A stretch of 62,818 bases of DNA, filler included, from Choristocarpus tenellus KU-1152 (taxonomy: Eukaryota > Protista > Phaeophyceae), in assembly GCA_964200185.2 (NCBI GenBank). It is 8 parts of 8 records of this genome, joined end to end, with 100 filler letters (N's around TTAATTAATTAA, not from the genome) between each part and the next. Parts side by side here need not be neighbours in the genome. Positions count along the whole stretch, not along the records: positions 41,835 to 49,366 come from CAXNAD020006007.1; positions 49,467 to 54,665 come from CAXNAD020011532.1; positions 54,766 to 58,910 come from CAXNAD020015992.1; positions 59,011 to 62,818 come from CAXNAD020017814.1; 4 more parts are not named here. One strand, 5' to 3'. Shown piece by piece: positions 48,209 through 61,354 of this stretch. How positions within the stretch are numbered: position 1 is the stretch's first letter; each line of letters begins with the position of its first letter. The notes under the pieces are model-generated. The model saw only the letters and a program-made list of their open reading frames with translations, did no database searches and was not told the DNA's origin. A program made the translations under genes and the position numbers.

Positions 48209-50461
48209 ATAGCCGGAAGTTTTAAAGAGGTGGCATAGTTGGTAGTAGGGTGAGGGAAATCCTATTTTGTGGTCTCATCCATGGGCTTGGTCGAGCCATC
48301 ATACAGTACAGCATGAAAGATATCATAATGTTTGAAGTACACTGCTACTACTTGGTGTTGGGCACTTCATCAATCTATTGTCTATCCGTAAGTGTTATGC
48401 TTGACAGTAATGGAATCGAAGGCCCTTCACGTATTTATCAATTATACCTAAAGGCTACTGGTCAAAACATACACTCATACAAGAAAACACCTCACATGCA
48501 TCTGGCGATAAATATTAACTGCGATAACTTTTAACTACAATAATTATGCAACTACAGAACTCTTGACACCCTGCCCATACACACACACAAGGGAAAGAAA
48601 TACCACACATATCTACCTCCAAGTTCAGCAACGCAATGTCTTCACTCAATCAAATAATTCACTCGCAGATCCAACCTGCTTAACCAAAAACTTCGACCAT
48701 GTAAATATTTTCTCAACCCCACGAATACTAACGCTTCATACCGCAACTATATTAATGGCTATACCACACAGCAAATAGGAAAGGTAAGATATATTTGTCG
48801 AAAATGTAGAACTCACCACTACTATTATTGCTGAAAAAACAACATAATAATACTGACTCTTCAACCTCAGTCTTCCTCACCCTCTCACTCCGTAAGATAT
48901 ATCCCTCTTGCTTCCTACAAAAGGAGGATTATACCCACCAATTTTTGCTACGGCTGATCTTGCCTTATCCCAGACTTTAAGTTGTCTGATTCGGTGACCT
49001 CACAGGGTTCTGGAAACAGAACCCAACATTGCATGTAGTGCTAACTATATAATATATAATTGGTCGCCTATTGGCATTTTGTGGATGTGTCGGAGGAAGG
49101 AAAAATATCAAAATCAAGGCTACAAAAACTTTTTTTGAAGAGAGGTAATTTTCAACAAGACTCTTTAATAATAACTGCATCAGCTGCGTAAGTGGGCATT
49201 TCGAGGAGTGAGTGTGATACGTTTCAAACTGATTCACATGACCGGTGGGTACGACACCAGGCCGATGGGTACGACACCTGGCCGATGCACAAAGAAGGGC
49301 CTTAACAGGCGATTTCAAAAATTGAGGATGGAGCTTTTCATTGAGGATGGGCTTGACCTAAAATTGNNNNNNNNNNNNNNNNNNNNNNNNNNNNNNNNNN
49401 NNNNNNNNNNTTAATTAATTAANNNNNNNNNNNNNNNNNNNNNNNNNNNNNNNNNNNNNNNNNNNNGTCAAGCCCATCCTCAATGAAAAGCTCCATCCTC
49501 AATTTTTGAAATCGGCTGTTAGAGGTGTTTTCTGTGGGTTAAGAACACAACAAGATCAAACATAGAAAAAACTATACTTATCGCCCTCTCTACCTCCCCA
49601 GACTTGGTTTTTGCGGGTCATGATCCCTTTCATATCCTTCTATGATAGAAAGGGAGTGGGATTTTCTTGTTATCCATTACTGATGGCGATGTTGTCATGG
49701 GTAATTCTAACGAGTCCACGTGTCAGTACGTTGTGTTCATGATGAAAACAATAAATTCAACATGTCCCGTCTCATGTTCTTTGTACAAACGCCAATATAA
49801 TAAGTTCAATAATGCGAATCCAATGGTTTCAACATCCATTTCCTTGACCACTTTAGATACTGTATGTATGTAGCTATCGAGAGTGCTTAAATCTCCAAGT
49901 CCAGCACAGAACTGAACTGATGCTTTCGTAGGCGTAATTCTTGTGCGTTGTTGCAAACAAAAATTCAGGAGAAACCATCCAAGGTGAGACAGATGTGACC
50001 GTTGTTATGATGATTGTTGGAACAATTCAAGTCCTTTTGAAGTACCTCTTCGTTCTGGAGTGTGATAGATTTGATCCTCCGAAGGAAGAACAACCCAAGG
50101 AAACGTCGTCCAGATGTATTGACAGCTTAGTTGATCACATTACACTCTGCGGTTCATCTTTCTTCGAGGAGAATCGTGAGTGCAATATGACCCTCAATCT
50201 CCCAATGTTGCTTGTATCATTTCTCACAAACCACTGTCGCAGCAAATTTTAGTATCCACCTCCCACCTCTGACCTTGAAATGGATGAAGTTTTCTGTGAT
50301 CCGACCATAGCTGCGAGCTCCAACTCGATTCCTCCTAACAGAAAGCACTTCGCACACAAGACTGCATGCTCATTGCCTTGTCCTCGAACCGTATTTTCAG
50401 TCTGTCCTGGAACGTCTGACCTGCTTCCCAGGTGGCGTAAGGTCTCTCATCATTTGGAGAG

Positions 50462-52049
50462 ATGCCTGCTGTACCACCCACTGCCTATGTGCTTGGTTTG
50501 GTCAGAGCTCAGCTTGTTCCGGGGGCGCTACTCACTTGTGTTGCTCTTCTACAAACTGTGCATAGGTTCTATCAACCAAACCACTGCATCGAATTCCTGG
50601 GAACCCGACGTGTACGATGTGGGGAAGCGCCAATGGTTCGTCCACTATTCCAGTTGCATGGGTCTAGATCAGTGGGCTTGGCCTGCCTTCGAGGTGGTGG
50701 CGTTGGAAATGAAGGCGACGAAGCAGAGAGAGAAACATCAAATCCTTTGTTGAATAAGGAATTCGTGGAACATACCTCGGACTCACAGCCAGGACCAGAG
50801 CTTCCAAAAGCTGTGAGTCGTTCTACGTTCCGCGAAAAAACTTCTCTTGGCCCAGGTGAGGAACTGGGCTCTACCGCAGTTCATCAACATCTTCCCACAT
50901 TCACTGAGGGTGAGTCAGGACCAGAACCAATAGGTGGCCCAGTGGAGTCAACGTTCAGGTTAGGGAGTCAGGTACAAAATGGGGCAGTTGCTCCCCATAA
51001 TACTATGGCCTCTGCCTCTTCCAATGTAGGAAGTATAGTACCCAATTATGGCCCTATGGTCGCCCTTGTAACGGAGCGGTCCATGGCAACTGGCGGATCC
51101 AGCAAGAAGCGAGTCACCTACAGCATCCTCCCTAATGGACAGATGGACATCATGGTTGGCTCATCTAAATGGAACAGGGCCAAACGGTCATACGCTGTAC
51201 CCTCCCTTCCCCTGGATGAGGGCCTCATCACAGGCGCAATCGGTGAAAGTGAATATAGGAATCGAAGAGGGCCTTGGCAGACAAGATGGCGGTTGGTGCT
51301 GGCACAGGTCTCAGGAGAGGTCAGAGGAACGGCAGCATGGGCGAGGGCATGGACGGGGGAATCTGTCTCTGCTGCCAAGATGGCATTGATGTCCACCTTC
51401 CTTCCAGTGGGTTACCCGCATTCTGTCAGCCCCGAGTACCTGCGTTTTCAGGGTTGGAACATCGCACAGGTGGGAAATTGTGTGTGTGGATATTCCATGG
51501 GTTAAGGAGTTGGGAGTATGTTGGTGGATGGATGCATTGATATATGGGGGCATCATTATTGAATGATGTAATGACTTAGGAGGCTAGGGGACTTTGCGGA
51601 TTGAATGTATCCTGTTGGCTTGATGTGGCCATTTTGCTCTTGATTCTGGTTTAGAAATATGTTGATATGGTACAAGTTCAATATCCTGTGGAGGTAAGCA
51701 GTACCCCACTATTCTTGGGATTACACGCTCTATTTCTGTGCCACTTATGTAAATAGGAACAAAAGGTGAAGGGTGGCATGTAAGAACACTCTTCCCCTCT
51801 CGATAACCTCTTGGGTGCAGCTTTTTTTGCACCATGGCCAAGTGAGTACTGTTGTCATGCCAACATACTTCAATCGTCTTGAGGGATGCAAATCTTTTCA
51901 TTTTCATCTCAAGCATGTTGATTGAGAGCATTATTGTTTTTAAATCTACTCTTTGTAGCCTCCCACAAACTTGAGGTCCAAGTCCATCATGATAATTTGA
52001 CTCAAGCCTTGCGTTTCTTTATTGCTGCTAACCTTAGGCAAGTGTAGAA

Positions 52050-52109
<60 letters not shown>

Positions 52110-52718
52110 CGCGCGCGGCCCTAAGGGAGCTTCTGAGCTGCAGCACCGTGCGAGCGANNNNNNNNNNTATTGACACCCTTCTCTTTTTTCTTTTTTCCTC
52201 TCCTTTCCTCAATTGAGTAAACCCCCCCCCCCCCCCCCCCCCCGTGTCTACATTACCTCCTTCCCTCTTCCATGCCCTCTCCCTCCAACATATGCGTATG
52301 TATCATTTGATATTTTTTGTAGGATCTAACAACCTACCTCCGAGGTGTGCTGGCTACGCAGGCAGTGCTAGAGGGCATGGGTGTAGGCCGTGCTGGCTCC
52401 ACCTCCCTTGCTGCAACCATTCAGTGGTTGGCAAGGGATGGATCGAGCATGGTGGGCTCATTACTGTTCACCTCCCTTGCCTCAGGCGACTTTGGAGTGA
52501 ACCTTAAGTCATGGAGGCTCTTTGCAGATGTTGCCAATGATGTCGGCATGACACTCGAGTTGCTAGCCCCGGCTGTTGGGGGAGGCTCGCGCTTTCTTGA
52601 GCTGGTTTGCCTAGCCAGCGTGTTCAAAGCCTCTTGTGGGGTTGCTGCAGGCGCCACTGGGGCTGCAATTGCTGAGCATTGGTCGCTGGACAATAACATT
52701 GCTGATGTGGGCGCCAAG
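50462..52718 (+). CDS. RUS family (root UV-B sensitive, DUF647) protein, 3' part missing
   Basis: Exon 50462-51469 ends STFLPVGYPHSVSPEYLRFQGWNIAQ. Exon 52323-52718 encodes DLTTYLRGVLATQAVLEGMGVG...AATIQWLARDG...KSWRLFADVANDVG...GVAAGATGAAIAEHW...NIADVGAK, which are DUF647 hallmarks. A further acceptor (cccacag) lies at 54657, at the contig end. Confidence 0.9.
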
Positions 52719-54219
52719 GTGTGTGTGTGTGAGTGTGGAGGGGGGGGGGGGGGGAAGGTGCGCTCATTCACGCGAGCGGGGGAATGCATGTTTGTAGATG
52801 CTATGCATGNNNNNNNNNNGGGGGGGGTTAGTGTTGTGATGTGGGGGCGCGAAAAAATAAGTGGGGGGGGGGGGGCGGGGGGGGGGGTGGGGGGGGGGGG
52901 GGGGGGGGGGGGGGGGGAGAAGGTGCGCTCATTCACGCGAGCGTGGGAATGCATGTTTGTAGATGCTATGCATGTCTAAGTGCTGCAGGTAGTCTATGTA
53001 TGTTCTGAGTGGACTTTTATTATGTATGTACGTGCCTTAATTGTGTGGCGATGTTGTTTCGGGATCAGCTTCTTTTTTTTTCTTCTACTACATACTGTTG
53101 TACTAAAGTGTGCTGCGCTGTTACACGTGGGTTGGTGTCTTTTTCTTTTTGAGGTTGAAGGACAGCAGGGGGGAATGCAGTCGACGTACCATGTAATAAG
53201 AGAAGAGCTGCAGCGGTGACATCTTACTGTTCGGAGTGTTTGGAGTGGGTGGGAGAGGCGCCGGTCCCGGTGTTAAGATTAGGGTTAGCTTTCCGCTGCC
53301 GTTGTATCCGTAGGTTACTACCGCACTTAATTTGAAGTTCTGTAATGTAGAGTTAAGGTTAGGGTTGTTTTTGGCGCTAGGGTTGGGTATACGTCTGAAG
53401 CGGTATGTAGAACTTGAGTTTGGTGCTACCGTCCGTGCAGTACATTATTGTCAGTAAACCACCTCCAACATCTCGTTTCGTTTCTTGGAGATACTGCTGC
53501 TGTATGCGCATCAACCGAATCATTGCCGAAAAAAGCTGTAGCTCAGCCGAACAAGATGATAATGATAATAATGATAATAATTTGCTTTTATTTCCCTTAT
53601 GTTCTCGATATATTTTGACCCGACCGACCGGTGGGCCATTTTTCCTTTCTGGGAAAATTCTCCTCCTCAAGGAGAGGAAGTCCAAAGGTTTCCCTCTGTG
53701 AACGAGCTCGAGGCACTCTGAATTGATCTGCGACAAACCTGTAGCCAAATGTTTGATGCTCTGGAACTTGCGGCATGAGAACTGTTTGTGTGGCAAACGT
53801 CGTTGAGGGTTATGCGCACACGTAACTGTGAGGGTTCCCGCAACCCAATGAGATATCACCCTCTGAAAAATCGATTTATTCCATGAGATGGATGATGTAG
53901 TGCTGAAAGAATCCGGTTGAAGTGTCTTTGCAATCTGTGATTGGCATGACCTCGCTTCCAATCAATACGGTATCGTTTTTGGAAGATTCTACGCCCTCGA
54001 GGACCAAAACATACCCTAGTTTCGAGCGATATATTTTAGATAGCCGCATTTGGAATCCCTTGATGGAGGTTGCTAGGACGGTCCTTTTTTCAGCTTCCAA
54101 TACCCAGTGCTTTTGCAAGGTACTGCCCGGCACACGATTTCTGTTGACAAGGACTACACCACAACAATGGACTCCTTACCGACACGAAAGGTTACTGACA
54201 TCACCTGGTTGAAGTAAAC

Positions 54220-54220
<1 letters not shown>

Positions 54221-54262
<42 letters not shown>
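54221..54262. repeat. (TGC)14 trinucleotide microsatellite
   Basis: Read directly. Confidence 0.95.
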
Positions 54263-54264
<2 letters not shown>

Positions 54265-55568
54265 CTCTCCCATTGTATATATATATATAGTCTTGTTCAT
54301 ACCCATAGGATTCTGTGTCTAGCTCTAAGAAAAGGGTTGCAGTTTGTTCGAAGTAGTGTAATGCTTTGAAGGATTGATAGTAATTTCATATCAGGGTTAG
54401 GGTTTGAACGTTAGTTTTGTGGTAGTATATTAGCAATGGTGCTCAATAATGTTAGGGTTAGGGGTTAGGTTTAATGTACAGTGTTAATATTGCTGTTGGT
54501 CAGTGCGACGCTAGGAGTTAGAGACACAGTCTAAAGCAACGCCCGTGCAAGCATCTCGACCTTTAGCAGTCTGATCTATGAGAACATTTTGTTGATATTT
54601 TATTACTCTTCCCCCCCCCCCCCCTCCCCAAAAATTCCTTCCACCCTCCGCCCACAGGGGGGCCCNNNNNNNNNNNNNNNNNNNNNNNNNNNNNNNNNNN
54701 NNNNNNNNNTTAATTAATTAANNNNNNNNNNNNNNNNNNNNNNNNNNNNNNNNNNNNNNNNNNNNACCCCCCCACATACTCAGAAGTGACCTCAAATCTT
54801 TTTTTTTTAATACAGTACTCGCGTTCATCAGTAAATGAGAGGCTACTTCAGGGCAGGTATCAATTGATCATGACCTCGTGTTCAATGTGGTATTTCTCTC
54901 CAAAGATGATGGTTCTGAAAGATGGCTGCTTGCCCCATCTCTACTCTACGTTTTGAAAAGCATTATCAAGTAGTGTTCTTGACTTCTAGTTTATCATCAG
55001 AAGGCCATATTATTGTCTGGGGATTTTTTTTGTACAACTGTTGTTGAGCAGGGCGCCCGGGTATGCAATGGGGGGTTTGTAAAGTATTCTGGCTGGAAGA
55101 AACGGAAAAAAAAAATGTGGGATTTTGTTGGATTACCTTTGGTGCTATTGGAGTTATTGTGCCTCTCTCTCTCTCTCCGGGCAAAGTAGTTTCAACATTG
55201 CGTTCGTCTTCACTGTTGTTGGAAATTTTTTTAGAGGTGTGAATCTGATTGGTTAAAGGTTTTAACATCTTGATAAACAATTAAGATTTGATATGGAAAG
55301 TATTTTGGTTTCAGATCTAGTGAATCGTTTTCTAGGGTATTTGGGTACTGTATCCTAATACTCAATTGTGCATCTTGCATAGAGTTGAGTTGACTGTGGA
55401 TCAACTTAAAAATAACGTACAGTCCTAACCCTACCACTGGTTTGTTAACATGCACTCGGTGTCTATTGTTGTCTAGCATGTCCTTTTCACTTGTATTAAT
55501 ATATATACTATGTATGTGTGTACATTGGTGATCGATCTTAGTTCTTTTCATCTGTGAATGTTAAATCT

Positions 55569-55724
55569 GGCTAAGAATATCTTGGGGGGGGGGGTGTCTA
55601 TACTAGGGTGTCCATTCCGGCCCTGCCCTGACCAGGAGAAGTGCACTTACATTATCCATCTAACGCATGCAACCAAATATCACGCAATAGTTATAACATG
55701 GAAGAATGGACCCTGAATGGACAG

Positions 55725-55761
<37 letters not shown>

Positions 55762-55774
55762 GATGCTTTGAGCC
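55569..55774 (+). mobile_element. MITE family B with (CA)n replacing the terminal C tract
   Basis: Body homologous to 48029-48208; ends AGATGCTTTGAGCC. Confidence 0.75.
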
Positions 55775-55832
55775 TCCCTTTAGTCTGTAACTGTTTGTTT
55801 TGCTCTGGTGTTGACTAAACGTGATTTAACAG

Positions 55833-58827
55833 GCACAATGAGAGCGGTTTCATTAGAATCCTCATGCGGCAAGAGAAGACAATGAAGGTTGGTTGCATCC
55901 CATGGTCACATCTTGGATAGCATTTGGACATCATAGAGGTCGGCATAATATTCTGGTACTTTTCATAGAGGCTAAATGGTGGAAGTCATGGCGTTGACCT
56001 CATCGTTGTCGGAGGATTTGCACCAAAGTCTTGATTGGTGTTGGGGGGGGCGTTGTTAATGTAAACGTACCGGTGGTTGGTTGTTGGTTTTGATATTGTG
56101 GATGTAACTGCCGCTGTAATTGTTGTGTTGTGAGCTAGTGAATGGCAGTGCCTAGTGTGGTTAGGGTTAGGGATTCTGAAATAGAGTCGGTCCCTGAAAG
56201 GTCTATGGATAAATCAATGCCAACCATGGGTTTAGGGTTAGGGTATGAGGGTGGGGGAATATATATCGCAAGTGTACGTGCTAAGATGTAAATACAAATC
56301 TTTTAAATTTACCATTGGTGGGCTAACCAGTTCTGTCCATTTATATCTTGTTAAAAAAAAAATGGTGTGGTTGTTTTTTGAATGACGTGTGAAGTCGTGT
56401 ATACTGCTTTCTGCACACACTGCATTTAACTATTTTTGTAGCTTGTCTAAATTAACACCCCCGTGGGTGGACAAGGGGTATATATTTCTTGGTTTAATTA
56501 ACATTCACAAATAATATTCCCATAAAGTTCCTACTTTATTTATATTATTTTGTTAAATGGGAAAGCGAGTAGGTGGAAATTTTCATGGGTTAGTAGCCCC
56601 AACCCTACATAGTGTTACCCTTTCACATAGAGGACTATGCTGTTGGCAATAAAATGACCCCCTAACCCTAAGTCCATGTCATTGAAGAGATCTTGCTTTT
56701 TTTCTGGACAATCTCATTATTTTAGGGTTAGGGTTAGACAACATCATTATTTTACACCTCTAGTCTCGTGGTTTTGCCATCTTCTAGTTGAGGATGAAAA
56801 GTACTTGAGTACTTCCTCTCATGCTGTAAGGTCCCGTTGAGATGATTACTTCAAGAGATGTATAGGATACGTTGAGGTGATTACTTCTCGTGATTCATAG
56901 GGGGATACGGAGACCTGGTTTTGTGAAGTGGTTACAGTTCTTCTAGCCATTCAAGCTGCGGTTCACCCATCCATGGTGGGAATTCCAACGCATTTACGGA
57001 ATACCTTACTACGAGTTTGTAAGGTGTGCTCTCAAAGTAGTAAATAATGCAGTCATGTGCCGATATGCATGATTGTGTGTGTGTGTGTGTGTGCACATGC
57101 GACAGGTTATCTGCAACCATGTGGTTGACTCACGCATTGTCCTCAAGCCCAACTCTGGTTCCGACCGGTCCTGGGTGTGGAATGCGTTTGACTTTGCGGA
57201 AGGCAAGCTGGAGGAGGTCACATTCGCCATTCGCTTTGGAAAGTCCGACTCCGCCATTGACTTCAAGGAGGCGTGTGTATGATGATGTGTATGTTTTTTC
57301 GGGATGCACCCTCTGTTGCGGACTCTACTTCGCTACTGCATTGTCTTTTGTTTCTCCGCGAACAACCCTAACCCTCATTGTGGTCATCCTACCCGACTTG
57401 TGTCGCTGAAATGACCTTAGCAGCAAACCTCCACTTGGGACATAAGTATCCGGCATTCCCTCACTCACCTTCTAACCCTAACCCTAACTCTAATTTTCCT
57501 CCGCTTGTGTTCTATTGTGATTTATGGTTTTATGGCTCTATCCAGAGGTAGGGTCGTTGCACTCCTTATTTCTTTCTTAGCCTGTTAGATTCGATTCATT
57601 TTCTATCCTGTTCTGTTCTGTGTGTGACCGTTTTAGTCAAGACTTTATTTTCTAATCTAATTGTGTTACAGTTTTTGCAACTGTGTCATCACTCTTACAT
57701 ATACACCTCACCCTCAACCAACTGTATCACCCCCCATCACATCCACTATCCTATCAACAACTTTTATTATAGTAGCGCAGGATGTAACAGCAGGTATGAG
57801 CTCCCTATCACCTTGTTCTGTGATCAATTCATACCAAACCCTTGTCTTTTTTCAATACGCCTTTTTCCCAACTCCAATCATCCCCTGACAGTGACCCTCA
57901 TTGTAAGCTTAAGGTGCATCCTTTCAACTGTTAGTTTTGAGGTGCAAAGTGTCTTGAAGTTGATTGGTTGGCACTGGATTCTATTGTACTTGAGATAACA
58001 ATCGTGAGTGACTGTCTCCTTCACTGTACACCCCTAACCCTAAACAACCACAAGATTATCAATTTTGTAATGATGATTGCTGGTGAGAGTGGAATTTAAA
58101 GGGGTGGTGCTATGATATCACCGTATGTTTGGATTGTGGGACATAAGTTGTTTCCTTGAACGTTGGTGCAAGAGATAGAAGGGATCGGTCCCATCCTATA
58201 CTCCGGATGCCAACAAACCAAATGTGTTGAAAAGTATATGGTAGTCTTGTGAAGTGGGTCTGATGTTTGGTGTATATATACATCTGGAAGACACCCTTCA
58301 AGACGAAATGGTTTTGTTCTAGATATTGTGTCCTACTGTTAATAGTTGTGTCCAAAGTCTTTTTGAATCCACCCCAAACTTCAGACCGCAACTCATCCCA
58401 GGCTACAATGAAAAATGTCAGCCCACTTCCTACTGGTTCTATTGAACAGCATCTCTTAAATCTCAAAAATCCCATACCCCTTGCCTTTGCCTGGTATATT
58501 TCCATAGTCGATTCTCTTTTGTTTTTTCTTTAAGTCCAGTCTACAGTAGTACCATCCTTAACCCTGAATCAAACACCTCTCCTCTTTTGCCCTTTCCCCT
58601 TGTGTTCATTGTGATACCTTCAGCAATTTGTGTCTGCCCAAGCCGCGATGGCAGTCATGAGCGCCCCGGCAGAGGCAGAAGAGGCACCGAAGGAGGAGGG
58701 GACTGATGCCCCAGCAGATGGGGAGGAGACAGCTGCCACTGCTGCTGCTGAGGCTGCAACTGGGGGAAGTGCAGAGACTGATGCTGCTGCTGATGCGCTG
58801 GAGAAGCTCAGTGTTGTGGAACAGTAA
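55833..58827 (+). CDS. RANBP1: Ran-binding protein 1 (RanBD) with acidic Ala/Glu tail, 5' part missing
   Basis: Exons 55833-55887 (HNESGFIRILMRQEKTMK), 57106-57270 (VICNHVV...PNSGSDRSWVWNAFDFAEGKLEEVTFAIRF...FKE) and 58624-58827 (QFVSAQ...LEKLSVVEQ*). The tail ends in an NES-like LEKLSV, as in RanBP1. Confidence 0.92.
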
Positions 58828-59010
58828 GGATGGGTGCTAGAGGTCAGTGTTAGGAGTTTATGAGATAGATGAAGGCATCCGTTTGGTGAAGTGCATGTAT
58901 GTTATTGGGGNNNNNNNNNNNNNNNNNNNNNNNNNNNNNNNNNNNNNNNNNNNNTTAATTAATTAANNNNNNNNNNNNNNNNNNNNNNNNNNNNNNNNNN
59001 NNNNNNNNNN

Positions 59011-59049
59011 CTAATGGACGCGGCCCTATCCTCTAAGATACTTTGGCTC
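59011..59049 (-). mobile_element. MITE family A terminal fragment at contig start
   Basis: CCCTATCCTCTAAGATACTTTGGCTC is the reverse complement of the family A left end. Confidence 0.7.
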
Positions 59050-59227
59050 TGGTTGACTAAAACATTACAGGCGACAAGCTGGAACGAAGTTTATGATATA
59101 GATTTGAAGGAGTATCAATGGAAGGCAGACTGCAATATACGCAACAGAGGCGTGTTCTTTATGTATCACCATGTTTAGTGTTATAGAGAATTATATATAG
59201 AAACACAATAATGATATGCTATAATAT

Positions 59228-59646
59228 GCTGCTGCAGCTGAGGCGCAAAAGCGCACCCACTATGAGGGCTCCTTTGATCCTCGTATTTATAACCTCAACA
59301 CCTTCGCAGTGGGAAGTGTTTGGCGCCTCGGCAAGCAAGCGGAATGCTTCCTGGATGAGCTGGATATATACATGGCGGAGACGAGAGGAACTGGAGGATA
59401 TAGCAGGAAAGGAGCGGTTAAATCCCAGCTACGCCAAATTGTCTCAGTAACTACACAAGTGGCACTGTCTAGACATGCTATGCTTTCTAAGCTGGAGGCA
59501 CCAGGGAGATGGGCACGGAGGGGTTTGTTGGACTCTTGGGATGCCTCCCTAGCTCCTCACCCTCAGGCACAGGAATAGGTAGATTGGACGCGCAGGAAGG
59601 CAGTGGTATAACATAGCAGTAAAATAGCAAATATATATATATATAT
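59228..59646 (+). mobile_element. 3' fragment of a CRE-like non-LTR retrotransposon (restriction-like endonuclease C-terminus)
   Basis: Reads AAAAEAQKRTHYEGSFDPRIYNLNTFAVGSVWRLGKQAECFLDELD...LRQIVSVTTQVALSR, the K..KY / A.E.FG.LG..A..FL / SV..Q pattern of REL-endonuclease elements. Followed by a short 3' region ending in (TA)n. Confidence 0.6.
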
Positions 59647-61354
59647 TTCCACATTTGTGACATATTTTATTTCCTTAGGACTTATACTAACATGTGAACA
59701 GTTCTCATTGGTGTCCCCCCTGATACATCTCCAAAAGGTCAAAGAGCATAATAGTAAAAGGGCCAAAGTATCTGGGGGGGGGGGGGTGTCCATTCGGGGT
59801 CCATTTTACCATATCGCGTTCCTCGGATAAGTTGCTTGTATGAGGGGTGTTGAAGGTGTGTTTCGTGGGCGTGTGTGTGGATTACACATTTGGTTATGGT
59901 CGTGGTAGGGCTTAAGTCCAGCTAAAGTGGAGCGCCACTGCTTTGAGGATTTTTGAATTCTGGACTTGAAATAACGAAAGGTACGTGGTTGGGGTTAGGT
60001 TTTTTTGTACATGGTCGAAAGTGTCCATTTTCGTGTGCTTTTGTTCAATTGAAGCATTGAAAAAAATGGTCATTGATTAGGGTTAAGTGGTGGTTTGTGC
60101 TTCGTGAGGTGAACAAATGTCTACATCCATAGTGAGGAGGCATGAGACTAACGGGTTTTGGATTAGTCGGATTAATTGGAGTTCGCCTAGCAGTTTTATT
60201 TGTTGTATGGTGACGAATATTGTTGTAATTCCATATTTTGAAAGGGTTAGGATAATGTTTCTTGAGGGGCTATGTGATGATTTTCCGGAGTATGTCCACA
60301 TGAGAGTAGTGTTGTGGTCGTTAAATCGTTGATTCCTTAGGGTTAGGAACAACGTGACCGATTAACAAACCGATGACACTATGTTGAAACCCGTAATGTT
60401 AAACGTTGTGACACCATGAAGGAAACAGGCTGTTGATAACAGCATGCCTACTTTCGTGTGTATGTAAAGCTCAATGGAAGAGAAGGATGTGACATTTTGG
60501 GCTAATAGATATCTGTTCCAGAGGTACGACGCACAGCGACACAGGCTTGATCAAAGTTAAAATGTCTATGTGAAATATTGTTGAACACTCTGAACAGTCT
60601 TGGACGATTGAAAATAAGACTGAATCGTACCCTTCTTTGGTGTAGTTCTTAGGCCAACTTTCGAATGTGTGTTATGGTGCACGGGTATGGTATGTGTAAA
60701 CTATAGACTATCAGTCTTATCCTGTTACCACCAAAGCACCCCATAACGGTGTGGGGAAAACACAGCCGTGAATTGCGATGTTCACCTTCACAGCAGGACG
60801 AGGACAATATGTCGAGTTAGATATTGGTTTTTGTTAAAGATTGTTAACCTCGCTTTCCATCAGAAGAAGAGTTGAGGAGGTGGGAAGATGTTATCCCGCG
60901 GCATAAAGTCCTCCTATATTTATGAGGAGGTGTGTGCTTTGGTAAAACATGTGGCAAATGCAATATGAAATTGATAACTCGAATATGGAACCTAAGCTGA
61001 TTCAATATTTGGTAAGAGAAGGACACATTGGACTTGATCAAGTCGAATGGTCTGAATCCAGAATAGCGTTTCCATGCATTTGTCTTGAATTAGGGTTACT
61101 CTTCCAGTTGTAAACTCCAAAATCCATAATTATTTGCCTGAGGCCGTGCAAAGTCAGACGCTGTAAAGGTACAACTACGGAGTCTAGAAATAAAACATTT
61201 GATCCAGGGAGTGCAAACCTGTGCGTTCGACACATTGCGCAAGGAATGTAAATAATAAAGTCCTCGAAAAGAACACTCTCACTTTAAGTTCAACCTGAAA
61301 CCCCCAAAAGAACTACTTGAGCTGGTGAGCACGTGTGAAGTCGCACCTCCCTTC

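Noticed and set aside
52052-52975. Poly-Pro/poly-Gly ORFs and a duplicated ~55-bp segment (52755-52809 and 52921-52974)
   Set aside because: These are intronic G/C homopolymers next to 10-N gaps; the duplication flanks a gap and is probably a scaffolding artefact.
53377-54212. Overlapping 85-194-aa ORFs in the RUS intron
   Set aside because: No recognisable motif or splice pattern; probably an old insertion that cannot be classified by eye.
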